From positions 69,636 to 133,635 of the forward strand of contig JADJXF010000013.1 of assembly GCA_016715995.1 (NCBI GenBank): a stretch of 64,000 nucleotides of DNA. Reading direction: 5' to 3'. The notes beneath the pieces were generated by a model. That model was not told where the DNA came from. It did no database searches and saw only the letters and a program-made list of their open reading frames with translations. Source of the stretch: Flavobacteriales bacterium. GTDB lineage: Bacteria > Bacteroidota > Bacteroidia > Flavobacteriales_F > PHOS-HE28. Positions 36,817 through 46,115 of the stretch are shown piece after piece (position 1 is the stretch's first letter; every line of letters starts with the position of its first letter). A program made the position numbers and the translations under genes.

Positions 36817-39264
36817 ATGGTCCTCGAACCCATGATGAAGCACCGTTACCCGACCATCATAGCCGCCGCCCTGTATCTCGCATCCGCCAACGACGCATTT
36901 ACCACCGAGGCCCCGGGCGACCACCTTGCGGACCACCGTTCCTTGTGGCGTGAGAAGCCGCTGGCCTTCGAGGAGAACAAGGGGCAGGTGCTTACCCTGG
37001 AAGGGGAAGCGGCTCCCTATGTGCGGTATCGGCTTGCACAGGGCAACACGCACATCTTCCTGCTGAATAACGGCATCGCCTTCCAGTTCAACCGGCACCA
37101 TGCGAATGCCCTTGCGGCTGCGGAGCGTATGGATGGAACGGTCTTGAGCGCGGCCGTGATGGAGCCCGGCACTGAACTGCTGGAGACCTACCGCATGGAC
37201 ATGCTGCTGGAAGGGGCCAACCCCCACCCGCGCATCAGCACCGAAGGGCGTAGCCGGGATCGTGTGCACTACAACACCACATCGCAAGCATCAGCGCTGG
37301 CGGTACACGCGTTCACGAAGGTGACCTATCATGAGGTGTGGCCCGGCATCGATTGGGTGGTGTATACCACCGAGAAGGGGATGAAGTACGATCTGGTGGT
37401 ACATCCGGGAGCCGATCCGGGGCGGATCGCCTTGCGTTTCAAGCATCATGACGAATTATACGTGGATGCACAGGGGCGCTTGATCCATGGCAATCCACTG
37501 GGGCGGTTCACGGAGGAGAGGCCCGTGAGTTTCCAGAACGGCAAGGCGATAGCCACCCGTTTCCGGCTCGAAGGGGACCTGTTGCGATTCGACCTGGCCG
37601 CCTATGACAAGGACCAGACCCTGACGATCGATCCGGATCGCATCTGGGCAACGTATTTCGGCGGGGAAGCCTTCGATTCCGTCAACGATATCGGGATATC
37701 CCCCGATGGACGGATCATCTTGAGCGGACAGACCAGCAGTACCACGGGGATCGCCAGCGGGGGCCACCAAAGCACCTACGCAGGCAATAGCGATGGATTC
37801 GTAGCAGCATTCGACGCGGATGGCGCACCGCTGTGGAGGACGTATTTCGGTGGTACGGGGTATGAAAACGTCGTGAGGAACGCCGTATCACTGAACGGTG
37901 AGATCTATTTGGCCGGCCATACGAGCTCGACCGGATGGACGGCATTGAACGGCCACCAGAGCACGTTTGGCGGCGGCACCTATGATGCATTCCTCGTGAA
38001 GTTCGATGCGGACGGTGCGCTCCAGTGGGGCACCTATTACGGGGGCTCGGAACTGGACCAAGCGTACAACTGTACGGTGGATGCGGAAGGCCAGGTCTAC
38101 CTGGTCGGATTCACGGCTTCCACGAGCGCCATAAGCACGGGATGGTACCAGGCGACTTACGGCGGCGGGCTTAGAGATGCCTTCCTGGTAAAATTCGGAC
38201 CGGATGGTGCGCGGCAGTGGGGAACCTACTATGGCGGTGAGGGTGAGGACATGTTCCGTGATCTTGCCGTGGACGAGGATGGTAACATCCACGCTATCGG
38301 ATCCACCTTCTCCACGACCGGCGTTGCTGCGGGTGGCCACCAGAACACCTTCGGTGGAGGTGGCACCCCATGGGACGGATTGGTGGTGAAGTTCACCGCG
38401 AACGGGACCCGGCAATGGGGAACCTATTATGGTGGCTCGGGCAGCGACGAGTTGACCGCCATCGCCCTGGACGGTGGCGATATCTACGTATGCGGTGCCA
38501 CATCGACCGCTACGAATATGGCAGCCAACGGTCAACAGAACGTTTACGGCGGCGGCACCCTCGACGCGCTGCTGATCAAGTTCGCACCGGATGGGACAAG
38601 GACATGGGCCACCTATCTCGGAGGTAGTGCCTTCGAGCTGGGATACAACCTGGCGCTGGACCAATCAGCAAGCCCCCATGCGGTGTATCTCTCCGGATGG
38701 ACAGCCTCCTCCACGGCGATAGCCTCAGACGGTTTCCAGGAGGCATATGGAGGTGGCGTATCGGACGCTTACCTGGCCAAGTACGGCCATGATGGTACCC
38801 GGTTGTGGGCCACCTATTATGGTGGAGCCTTGACCGAACAGGGGGTGAGCTGTGCAGTTGACCCGCAAGGGTATGTGTACCTTGTGGGGAGTACGACAAG
38901 CACCTCGGGGATCGCTGAGAGCGGCTTCCAGACCACCTATGGAGGGGGCACTTATGATGGCTACGTGGCCAAGTTCCATGGTACGGCCACGGCGCTTGCG
39001 GAACACCTTGAACAAGCCGCCCTGGCCGTTCGGCCCAACCCCGCCACCAACGAGCTGTGGGTCGGCACCGGGCTGGAGCACACGCCCCCTGCGCGGTTGG
39101 TGATCCGGGACCTGACCGGGCGCCTGGTGGAGGAACGGTCGCGGGCTGTGCCGTACCACGCGGGAGCGTTCCGAATGGACATCGGCCACCTGGTTCCGGG
39201 CACCTACGTTGTGGAGGTGCAGTTGGAGCAGCGGCGCCTTACCGCCCGGTTCGTGAAGGAGTAG
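36817..39264 (+). CDS. SBBP beta-propeller repeat protein with a T9SS type-A (Por) C-terminal sorting domain
   Basis: 815 aa. The probable true start is MMKHRY at 36832, with a signal peptide. There are about 12 repeats of G-G-x-x-x-D-x-[AG]-x-x-[IV]-x-x-D-x-x-G-x-[IV]-Y-[LV]-x-G-x-T-x-S, which is the SBBP pattern. The C-terminus LAVRPNPATNELWV...GTYVVEVQ...RFVKE matches the Por secretion tail. Confidence 0.8.
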   Translation: MVLEPMMKHRYPTIIAAALYLASANDAFTTEAPGDHLADHRSLWREKPLAFEENKGQVLTLEGEAAPYVRYRLAQGNTHIFLLNNGIAFQFNRHHANALAAAERMDGTVLSAAVMEPGTELLETYRMDMLLEGANPHPRISTEGRSRDRVHYNTTSQASALAVHAFTKVTYHEVWPGIDWVVYTTEKGMKYDLVVHPGADPGRIALRFKHHDELYVDAQGRLIHGNPLGRFTEERPVSFQNGKAIATRFRLEGDLLRFDLAAYDKDQTLTIDPDRIWATYFGGEAFDSVNDIGISPDGRIILSGQTSSTTGIASGGHQSTYAGNSDGFVAAFDADGAPLWRTYFGGTGYENVVRNAVSLNGEIYLAGHTSSTGWTALNGHQSTFGGGTYDAFLVKFDADGALQWGTYYGGSELDQAYNCTVDAEGQVYLVGFTASTSAISTGWYQATYGGGLRDAFLVKFGPDGARQWGTYYGGEGEDMFRDLAVDEDGNIHAIGSTFSTTGVAAGGHQNTFGGGGTPWDGLVVKFTANGTRQWGTYYGGSGSDELTAIALDGGDIYVCGATSTATNMAANGQQNVYGGGTLDALLIKFAPDGTRTWATYLGGSAFELGYNLALDQSASPHAVYLSGWTASSTAIASDGFQEAYGGGVSDAYLAKYGHDGTRLWATYYGGALTEQGVSCAVDPQGYVYLVGSTTSTSGIAESGFQTTYGGGTYDGYVAKFHGTATALAEHLEQAALAVRPNPATNELWVGTGLEHTPPARLVIRDLTGRLVEERSRAVPYHAGAFRMDIGHLVPGTYVVEVQLEQRRLTARFVKE

Positions 39265-39513
39265 CTCGGGATCGATAGGCGCGTGCCCGCGAGGGACCGT
39301 AATGCCTAGAGGGCATCGTGATCGCGCTACGGCCACTACTTCCTACCAGCCCCAATTCGCTCAGTGTGCCACCACGAATCGTGTGCTCATCGGTCCAGCA
39401 GCGCGTTGATCGGGGAAGAACGCCAGCACGTAGCTGCCGTCGGAGAATGGTCCGGTGTCAAGTGATAGATCATGGCTCATCGTCCTGGTCTGGTACACAA
39501 GCCAACCGTTGAT

Positions 39514-39652
39514 CGCGCAAACCTCAACAACCAGCACGAGCGGATGAGAACCTTTTTGGTGCGTTAGAGCAAGGGGCGTCGGTCCATTGAAGTGAACTGG
39601 ATGATCCCGGTGATCGCGATCCTATGCATTGGATTGTTGCTCTTCTATTGAT
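39514..39652 (+). repeat. Direct repeat copy 2 (~140 bp), with the small ORF interrupted by a nonsense codon
   Basis: The copy has the same orientation as copy 1. The ATG at about 39544 is followed by MRTFLVR and then TAG. The rest, SKGRRSIEVNWMIPVIAILCIGLLLFY-stop, is in frame and conserved. Confidence 0.8.
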
Positions 39653-39704
39653 CTCTCTCGCGTCCGATGGCCAACCGGCCTGATTGCCGCTTTTGCATCG
39701 GAAA

Positions 39705-39740
39705 AGAGAAACCCCCGGACATCCGTCCGGGGGTTTCTCT
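39705..39740. terminator. Strong hairpin that could act as a bidirectional intrinsic terminator
   Basis: The hairpin is agagaaacccccggac-atcc-gtccgggggtttctct (16 bp stem). It is followed by tctctttc on the plus strand and by ttttcc on the minus strand. It sits between repeat copy 2 and the convergent minus-strand hydrophilin genes. Confidence 0.5.
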
Positions 39741-39782
39741 TTCAAGTCGTGTGGCTTCAGAACCTATGTCGATCCCTTTGCT

Positions 39783-40136
39783 TCAGATCTTCCGTTGATT
39801 CCTCTGCGCATCATCGCTGGTGCTGCCACGGTCCACGCCATGCTCCTTGTGATCGGCGTTGGGCGCGCTGCGGTCTACATCGTCGTCGTGCTGGCGGCCC
39901 TGGCCATCGAAGCCATCGCTGCCGCTGGTGATGTCCCGTCCGTGATTCGGTACTGCGCTGTCGCTCTTGCGCGCCGGTCCGCGGCGGTCATCATTGGCCT
40001 CGGGGTGCGAGCTGGCGTTCCCGCCTTGGTTGACTGAGCGCGTGGATCCCATTTCTGGCGTGTTCGTGGTGGCGCCTTTGTTGGCCTTGTCCGTCCTCTT
40101 GTCCGCGGATGGATCAGGGAGATTCTTGTTCGTCAT
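39783..40136 (-). CDS. Hydrophilic disordered protein (hydrophilin-like), distal member of a pair
   Basis: The start is set at MTNKNLPDPSADKRTDKANKGATT within track ORF 39783..40298. Its composition is like that of the 35902..36285 product. It begins 4 nt after the stop of the upstream hydrophilic ORF in another frame. Confidence 0.45.
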   Translation of the reverse strand: MTNKNLPDPSADKRTDKANKGATTNTPEMGSTRSVNQGGNASSHPEANDDRRGPARKSDSAVPNHGRDITSGSDGFDGQGRQHDDDVDRSAPNADHKEHGVDRGSTSDDAQRNQRKI

Positions 40137-40140
40137 GGTG

Positions 40141-40338
40141 CTATTTGTTCTTGGGGTTCTTGATGTCGCCCGTGCTCTTCTTATTCGCCTCGGCCTTGGT
40201 GGCATCAGCGGAACGCTCATCCTTGGAGTTTCCGCTCCGTTTGTTGTCCGGGCCATTGCTCGCGTTCTTCCCGCTCTTGGCTGTGGCAGTGCCGCCATCC
40301 GCTTTCTTGGTGCTGTCGTCCTTCTTCATGGTGTTCAT
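40141..40338 (-). CDS. Hydrophilic disordered protein (65 aa), proximal member of the pair
   Basis: This is the in-frame tail of track ORF 40141..40479, reading MNTMKKDDSTKKADGGTATAKSGKNASNGPDNKRSGNSKDERSADATKAEANKKSTGDIKNPKNK. It may be one gene with the downstream ORF, split by a frameshift. Confidence 0.4.
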   Translation of the reverse strand: MNTMKKDDSTKKADGGTATAKSGKNASNGPDNKRSGNSKDERSADATKAEANKKSTGDIKNPKNK

Positions 40339-40568
40339 GTTGTTGGGGTTTAAGAGTTCACCGGATTCCGGCAAGTGCTGCGCCGCGCTGCTCGCGCGGT
40401 GCGATTCATACCAGCACCAGCGCCAAGAGGCGCGTAAACGTTGGAGAGCATGCGTCCAGACCTGATCATCCCCGTGCATTCAACCCCGATCGGACACGCG
40501 CGACGAGGAACCACATGCCCCAATCGCGCAGGACCTGCCCCGGTCGCGATGCTATCACACCTAAGCAA

Positions 40569-42617
40569 TCACCGGTTGGGCGATCCGTCGGGTCTCGCCT
40601 CGGCCACGATGGTGTGCAGATCGGCGGCAGCGATGGGTTTCACCAGGTGGTGATCGAAGCCCGCTTCGCTGCTCCGTATGCGGTCTTCCGCCTGTCCCCA
40701 TCCGCTCAGCGCCACCAACGTTGCAGAGGCGCCCCAGGTTGTCTCCCGCATCCGCGTGCAGGCGTTATATCCGTCCATCACAGGCATGCCCAGGTCCATG
40801 AGCACGACGTTGGGCAGCAGTTCATCTCCTTCCTCCAGCGCTTGCATGCCGTTGTGCGCCACGCGCACCTCATGGCCGAAGCGGCTCAGCAACATGGCCA
40901 TCATGTTGGCGGCGTCCTCGTTGTCGTCCACGATCAAGATGCGCAAGGGGGCCTGCTTGGCCTTCTGGTCTTCTTGCAGCGTGGAGGCTGTTGCCGGCGC
41001 TTCGCGTGGTGGGGCCAGCGGCAGGGTCACCATGAAACTGCTGCCTTTGCCAAGCCCATCCGAGCGCGCTTCGATCCGGCCGCCGTGCATGCCCACAAGG
41101 TGCTTCACGATGTTAAGGCCGATGCCCAGGCCGCCTTGCACGCGATCGTTGGCGCGCTCCACCTGTGCGAACATGTCGAAGACCTTCACGAGCTGATCGG
41201 GCGCAATGCCGATGCCGTTATCCTCGACCGCGATGCGGACTTCGTGCGCGTCCACCACGGTGCGCACGGTGATGATCCCACCGCGATCGGTGTATTTCGC
41301 GGCGTTGTTCAACAGGTTGGCGAAGACCTGCGTCAGCCGCATGATATCCCCTTCCACCCGGATGGGTGCGTCAGCGAACTCCTGCACCAGGTCGTGGTCC
41401 TGCCGTTCGATCAGCGGGCGGCTGGTCTCCACCGCTTGGTCCAGCGCATCGCGCAGGTCCACCTGTGCCAGCTGCAGATCAACGGTGCCGCGCGAGATGC
41501 GGCTGAGGTCCATCAGTTCATCGATCAGCCGCACCATCTGGTCAAGCTGCCGTTTCATCATGCCGTGCGCCTGGTCCCAGGTGGCCTTGTCCTGTTCGGC
41601 GAGCGAGAGCAGCTCGAGTCCGTTGCGCAAGGGTGCGAGCGGATTGCGCAGCTCGTGCGCGAGCGTGGCCAGGAACTCGCTCTTGCGGCGGTCGGCCTGA
41701 TGCAGCGATTCCTGCGCCTCCTTCAAGGTGCTGATGTCATAGAAATAGCACACCACGCCGAATTCGCCATCGGGCAGGGTGATGCGCTCGATCCGCCAAT
41801 CGTATGACTCCCTTGCGTTGATGTCGCGACGTTGTTCGTTGGTGTCAGGGCTGGAGAAGGGTGTTCCGGTGAGGAGGGTATCGCGGAAGTGCGCGATCAC
41901 CTCGCTCGCGAAGGGGTCGGCCCAGAGCACGTGAATGGCTTCCGCGAAGTCACGACCGATCAAGGGGTTCACATGGGCGAAAACGGCCCGCGCCGCTGCA
42001 TTCACCTGCTGGATGCGCGACCGTGCATCAACCACATAGATGCCGAACGGGGCGTTCTCGATCAGGCTGAAGAAGGTCGCGTGGTTGCGGCGCAGAAGGT
42101 CCTGCGCCAGCTCGCGCTCGTTGATCACCTCGGTCAATCGCCGGTTCAGGCGATCGGCCACATCGGTGAGCTCGTGCTGCTGCACCGAGCTGATCAGCAG
42201 GGCCTCGTTGATGGCGGAGCTCATCCTACGGAACGCATCGGTCTCCGTGACCTGGATCATGAGGCCGCTGAGGCGCGCATGCCCGGCATCGATGGGCCAG
42301 CAGGTGAAGGCCCCGTAGTACGTGTTCGCTTCATCGCCTTCCACGAACACATGGGCTTCGCCCTCGCCCGTGCGCAGCACGCGGTCGAGCAGAGCGATGG
42401 AACGGAGGCTCTGCGGGAAGAGATCCTCGAAGGGCCGGCCGATCAGCTGTTCTTCGCTCTTGCCGAGCAAGGCGCAGAAGGCCGGGTTGATGGACCAAAC
42501 CAAATGATCCGGGCCTTCCACTTGTGCCATGGGTAAGGGCGCATTCTCCATGACCGCCTGGAGCACGCTTTGTTCGAGCGCCTGCTTGCCAGTGCCATTG
42601 GGTGCTTCCGTGCTCAT
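40569..42617 (-). CDS. Hybrid sensor histidine kinase: PAS domains, HisKA, HATPase_c and a C-terminal receiver domain
   Basis: 682 aa. The H-box reads FLATLAHELRNPLAP. The N/G boxes read LNNAAKYT...GGLGIGLNIVKHLVGMHGG. The receiver reads LRILIVDDNEDAANMM...VVLMDLGMPVMDG. Confidence 0.85.
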   Translation of the reverse strand: MSTEAPNGTGKQALEQSVLQAVMENAPLPMAQVEGPDHLVWSINPAFCALLGKSEEQLIGRPFEDLFPQSLRSIALLDRVLRTGEGEAHVFVEGDEANTYYGAFTCWPIDAGHARLSGLMIQVTETDAFRRMSSAINEALLISSVQQHELTDVADRLNRRLTEVINERELAQDLLRRNHATFFSLIENAPFGIYVVDARSRIQQVNAAARAVFAHVNPLIGRDFAEAIHVLWADPFASEVIAHFRDTLLTGTPFSSPDTNEQRRDINARESYDWRIERITLPDGEFGVVCYFYDISTLKEAQESLHQADRRKSEFLATLAHELRNPLAPLRNGLELLSLAEQDKATWDQAHGMMKRQLDQMVRLIDELMDLSRISRGTVDLQLAQVDLRDALDQAVETSRPLIERQDHDLVQEFADAPIRVEGDIMRLTQVFANLLNNAAKYTDRGGIITVRTVVDAHEVRIAVEDNGIGIAPDQLVKVFDMFAQVERANDRVQGGLGIGLNIVKHLVGMHGGRIEARSDGLGKGSSFMVTLPLAPPREAPATASTLQEDQKAKQAPLRILIVDDNEDAANMMAMLLSRFGHEVRVAHNGMQALEEGDELLPNVVLMDLGMPVMDGYNACTRMRETTWGASATLVALSGWGQAEDRIRSSEAGFDHHLVKPIAAADLHTIVAEARPDGSPNR

Positions 42618-42621
42618 GGCT

Positions 42622-43416
42622 TCAGTCCAGGGCCGAACGCACCGGAATACCGGTGGTCAATGCGCCCAAGCCCTCGAGCCCACCCGTCTTCAGCGCGATA
42701 CCCTGGGCGGTGACGTCGTATTCGCGGATGACCTTGCTGTGATCGCCGCCACGCATCTTCGACACCATGAGGATCTTGCGCAGCGCACCGTCGATCTCCA
42801 CATAGCGAAGGCGGATGATGTCGTCGGTGAGGAAGGAGATGCTGTAGTTGCTCGCTGGCGGCTTCACGAAGGATTCCTCCAGCATCAATGTGCTCATGAT
42901 GGTAACGCCATGGCCGGTGAGCGCCACGAACATGCGGTAGAGCGACTCTTCGAAATCCTCCCGGAAATCGGGCGCGAGCGCGCGCTCGAAACCGGCGAGC
43001 GAGTCGATCACCAAGCGCTTCGCGCCCACGCGCCTCACGGCTTTCATGATCTCGAAGAGCGCCTCGTCCACCGTCAGGTCCAAGGGCCGCAGGTACAGGA
43101 TCTCGAGCTTGCCGTTCGTGCGCGAGGTGTCCAGGTCCAGTCCGAAGGTGTTCGCGCGGGAGGCGTATTCAGCGGGCCGCTCCTCGAACACGGCGATGAT
43201 GGCCGCTTCGCCTTGTCGCAGGCCCTCAGCGATGAACTGGGTGCAGAGGATCGACTTTCCGGTGCCGCTCGCGCCGGCCACAAGGATGCTGTCGCCCTCC
43301 GGGACGTCGGCCGCCTGGATTCGCCGAAACCCTTGTCCCGCAAGCCTCTTCGCGTGATTCGCACACTGCCCGCACATCCCCGGCACCGGATCCGTGAATG
43401 CGGGGCCGCCACCCAT
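42622..43416 (-). CDS. Single-domain KaiC-like RecA-superfamily ATPase
   Basis: The start is set at MGGGPAF within track ORF 42622..43686; an alternative start is MCGQ at 43377. The Walker A motif is ILVAGASGTGKSILCTQF. The KaiC-domain layout is present (FEERPAEY...GVTIMSTLMLEESF...LRYVEIDGALRKILMVSKMRGGDH). Its stop is 4 nt upstream of the kinase start. Confidence 0.7.
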   Translation of the reverse strand: MGGGPAFTDPVPGMCGQCANHAKRLAGQGFRRIQAADVPEGDSILVAGASGTGKSILCTQFIAEGLRQGEAAIIAVFEERPAEYASRANTFGLDLDTSRTNGKLEILYLRPLDLTVDEALFEIMKAVRRVGAKRLVIDSLAGFERALAPDFREDFEESLYRMFVALTGHGVTIMSTLMLEESFVKPPASNYSISFLTDDIIRLRYVEIDGALRKILMVSKMRGGDHSKVIREYDVTAQGIALKTGGLEGLGALTTGIPVRSALD

Positions 43417-43452
43417 TCCGTTCGACACGGACAACCCTAAAACCACCACATC

Positions 43453-44349
43453 ATGAGCACTCCAACCTGTCCCCGGCGTTTCGCGAAGCAGGCGCGCCCG
43501 ATGATTCTGGCGCTCGCTGCCGCATTCATGCTCGCTGCTTGCGAGAGCGGCCCCTCTGAGGGCGAACTGGCCGCGCGTGCTGAAACCGAGAAGCTGAAGG
43601 ACCAGCTTCAGAGCCGCGATTCCCTCATCGGTGAGATGTCGGTGTCGTTCGATGAGATAGAGAAGAGCATCGCGATGATGGACCATCGCGAGATGATCCT
43701 GGGAGAGATCACGACCGGGGAGATGGACATCGACAAGCGCAAGAAGGTCGTTCGGGACCTTCAGCTCATGAACGGCTTGATGCAGGAGAGCCGCGACCGC
43801 ATCGCCGAGCTCACAAAGCGACTGGATAGGAGCAAGATCGAGGCGAGCGGACTGCGCAAGAAGCTGAAGGAGCTGGACGCGATGCTCGCTTCGCGCGATT
43901 CCTCAATCTCGATCATGAAGGATGGATTGTTGGCAAAGGACTTCCAGATCGAACAGGTGAACACGCAGCTTACAGCGATGGAGCTTGAAGTGGCCAAGCG
44001 CGAAGCCTTCATTGAGCAGCAGACCAACGAGATGAACGCGGCATGGTACGTGGTGGGGACGAGCAAGGAGCTCGAGGAGCGCGGTGTGGTGACCCGGACG
44101 GGCGGCATCATCGGCATTGGCAAGACCGCGCATATGAGCGGCGAGGTCCAACAAGGAGAATTCAAGCAAGTGGATGCGCGCCAAGTGACCAGGGTGCCCC
44201 TTAGCGCGAAGAAGGCGCGGTTGGTGAGCGAGCATCCCAAGGACAGCTACGCCATGGTGGAGGAAGGGGATCTGTTCGCCTATCTGGAGATCAAGGATCC
44301 GGCTTCGTTCTGGAAGTTGAGCCGATACATGGTGGTCGAGGTGAAGTGA
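43453..44349 (+). CDS. Coiled-coil lipoprotein (hypothetical)
   Basis: 298 aa with lipobox MLAAC. The probable true start is MILALAAAF at 43501. Long heptad-like charged helices are followed by a small C-terminal globular region. Confidence 0.45.
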   Translation: MSTPTCPRRFAKQARPMILALAAAFMLAACESGPSEGELAARAETEKLKDQLQSRDSLIGEMSVSFDEIEKSIAMMDHREMILGEITTGEMDIDKRKKVVRDLQLMNGLMQESRDRIAELTKRLDRSKIEASGLRKKLKELDAMLASRDSSISIMKDGLLAKDFQIEQVNTQLTAMELEVAKREAFIEQQTNEMNAAWYVVGTSKELEERGVVTRTGGIIGIGKTAHMSGEVQQGEFKQVDARQVTRVPLSAKKARLVSEHPKDSYAMVEEGDLFAYLEIKDPASFWKLSRYMVVEVK

Positions 44350-44496
44350 CCTTCAGCGGCCCCCAACAAGGCAGCGCCCGGAGGGATCCGGGCGCTGCTC
44401 TGTTGCATCGCTTGGTTTCGCGTTGGACCCTTTCGTTAGCACTCATGTCCTGCAGATGGTTTCAGCGCGCTTGGGCGAAGAGGCGCCGGAGGGCGC

Positions 44497-45600
44497 TCAC
44501 CGCACGGCTTGCGTTCGCACTTCTGCACGAGAGGCGTGGTACTGCTGGCTAGCGGGAGCTATGGCTTGTTGCGTGCGTGGCCGTGAGGCGCGGTAGAAGT
44601 GCAACCAGCTTCGGCGCAGCAGAAGGCTCAGAGGCACCGGTTCATGCCCCATCTGTTGCAGCCGCGCGCTTAGCGGCCCGATCAACCGCACATGCCTCAG
44701 CAACTCGCGCCAGCACTGCCAGATGCTCCACGAAGGGTCATAGATGCTGCCCGGTTCACTGCTCACGCCATTGAGCTCAATCACCGAGAAGCGGCCCGCC
44801 TGAAACGCCAATTCATCCTCTGCGCGCACATCCACCCGCCCGTAGCAGATGCCGTGCGCTTGTGCTAGGAGCCCGTTCAGCGCGGAAACTAGCTCGGGTG
44901 TGGCCAACTGGCTCGCATCATGGAAAATGGTCCCCCGGCAATGATTGCCGATCGGCTCAGCGACCACCCGCTCGCCCTTCGCAGGAATGCGGCGCATGGC
45001 GTCGTGGTCCAGCGCCTCCAATCGAACAAGCTGTCGCCTGCCGCGATGCGTGCGCGCCAAGAGTTCCTTGATGCTGCTGGCTCCATCACCATCTATGGCA
45101 AGGAACCGCTTGCCACAAATCGACAGCAGCCGTGCGTGCCGCGTGACGGGATCAACGAGGAACATCAGCGCAAACTCGTGCGGGCCCGGCGCCTTCGCCT
45201 GCAAGAGCATGTCGTGGCCCTTCTCGGTCAGAGCGCGTATTAGGCCACCCTCGTCGTGGACGACAGCGACGCCCTCCCCCCGCTCGCCCACATCGGGCTT
45301 CACGATCAACGGGAACGCGATGCCGGAAGCACGCCAGGCATCCAGCACCTGTTCGGTCGATGTCCTGGCTGCGATGACGTGGGTGGGCGGATAGCTTCCC
45401 GCTGGCAGCAGGGCATAGATGTCCTGCTTCCGCTCTCCGAAGAAGCCGCCCATGTCGATGCCCGGATTGACGTTCGTGAAGAACGCAGCGCGCCACTGTC
45501 GCAGCGCTTGCCACAGATAGAAGGGCGCCACCGGGGCGTAGATGACCCACCACGGCCAGTACTCGTGGTTTAGGCGAACGGCCCAGCGCTGCGGGCTCAT
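44497..45600 (-). CDS. ATP-grasp-like domain protein (D-Ala-D-Ala ligase / RimK-like fold), hypothetical
   Basis: 367 aa. It contains FPLIVKPDVGERGEGVAVV and an ATP-grasp-like central and C-terminal region (SVIELNGVSSEPGSIYD). There is no clear family assignment. Confidence 0.45.
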   Translation of the reverse strand: MSPQRWAVRLNHEYWPWWVIYAPVAPFYLWQALRQWRAAFFTNVNPGIDMGGFFGERKQDIYALLPAGSYPPTHVIAARTSTEQVLDAWRASGIAFPLIVKPDVGERGEGVAVVHDEGGLIRALTEKGHDMLLQAKAPGPHEFALMFLVDPVTRHARLLSICGKRFLAIDGDGASSIKELLARTHRGRRQLVRLEALDHDAMRRIPAKGERVVAEPIGNHCRGTIFHDASQLATPELVSALNGLLAQAHGICYGRVDVRAEDELAFQAGRFSVIELNGVSSEPGSIYDPSWSIWQCWRELLRHVRLIGPLSARLQQMGHEPVPLSLLLRRSWLHFYRASRPRTQQAIAPASQQYHASRAEVRTQAVR

Positions 45601-46115
45601 GCAGACTCCTGGATTGAGCGGGCCTGATGATTGCGCGTGGAGGCCGCGTACCCCAGGTGCTCAGGGAACCGCACGTGCGGGAGCGCTTGTGCCAACGCGA
45701 TGCGCACCATCGCCAAATGATGCACGCCATGATCGGCGAGGTAGGCAAGCTCGCGCGCAAGGGAGGTCTGTTGTTCTACGCGTCCGAGCTCCCCGGGCAG
45801 CTCGCTCTGCATCATCATCGTTCGGTCTGTATGCACCGCGTGCAGCAGTGCGAGGCAGTGCGCCGCCTTGTCGCGGGCAGCGCGCACCTCGCGCTCGATC
45901 AGCGGGTCGCGCATACGGTCGTCATAACTGAAGCTTCCTTCGCTATCGGGCGCGAGCAGGCAGGAATAGAACTCGAGGACGTGGCGCAGGTGCCCCCCGA
46001 TGCTGCTGCCGTGGAGCATCGCATGCGACTGAGCGAGTTGCTCATCGGTGAGCTGCTGAAGCAGGTCATCGATGCACATCAGGATGCCGGCGTTGTAGGT
46101 TGTTATGCGCTTCAT
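45597..46115 (-). CDS. DinB/YfiT-like (DinB_2) four-helix-bundle metal-binding protein
   Basis: The start is set at MKRITTYNAG within track ORF 45597..46424, giving 172 aa. A His-rich helical pattern is present (HLRHVLEFY, DHGVHHLAMV). Confidence 0.5.
   Translation of the reverse strand: MKRITTYNAGILMCIDDLLQQLTDEQLAQSHAMLHGSSIGGHLRHVLEFYSCLLAPDSEGSFSYDDRMRDPLIEREVRAARDKAAHCLALLHAVHTDRTMMMQSELPGELGRVEQQTSLARELAYLADHGVHHLAMVRIALAQALPHVRFPEHLGYAASTRNHQARSIQESA

Noticed and set aside
36338-39652. Possibility that the two 140-bp repeats are a CRISPR array or a tRNA-derived att site
   Set aside because: There are only two copies, they lie about 3 kb apart and they enclose a large gene. No short regular spacers are present and no tRNA-like cloverleaf is recognisable in or next to the repeat.
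40515-41807. 430-aa ORF antisense to the hybrid histidine kinase; also 41832..42536, 42529..43440 and 53593..54969 antisense to the kinase and KaiC-like genes
   Set aside because: The sense strand has complete H, N and G boxes and a receiver domain. The antisense frames are high-GC artefacts.
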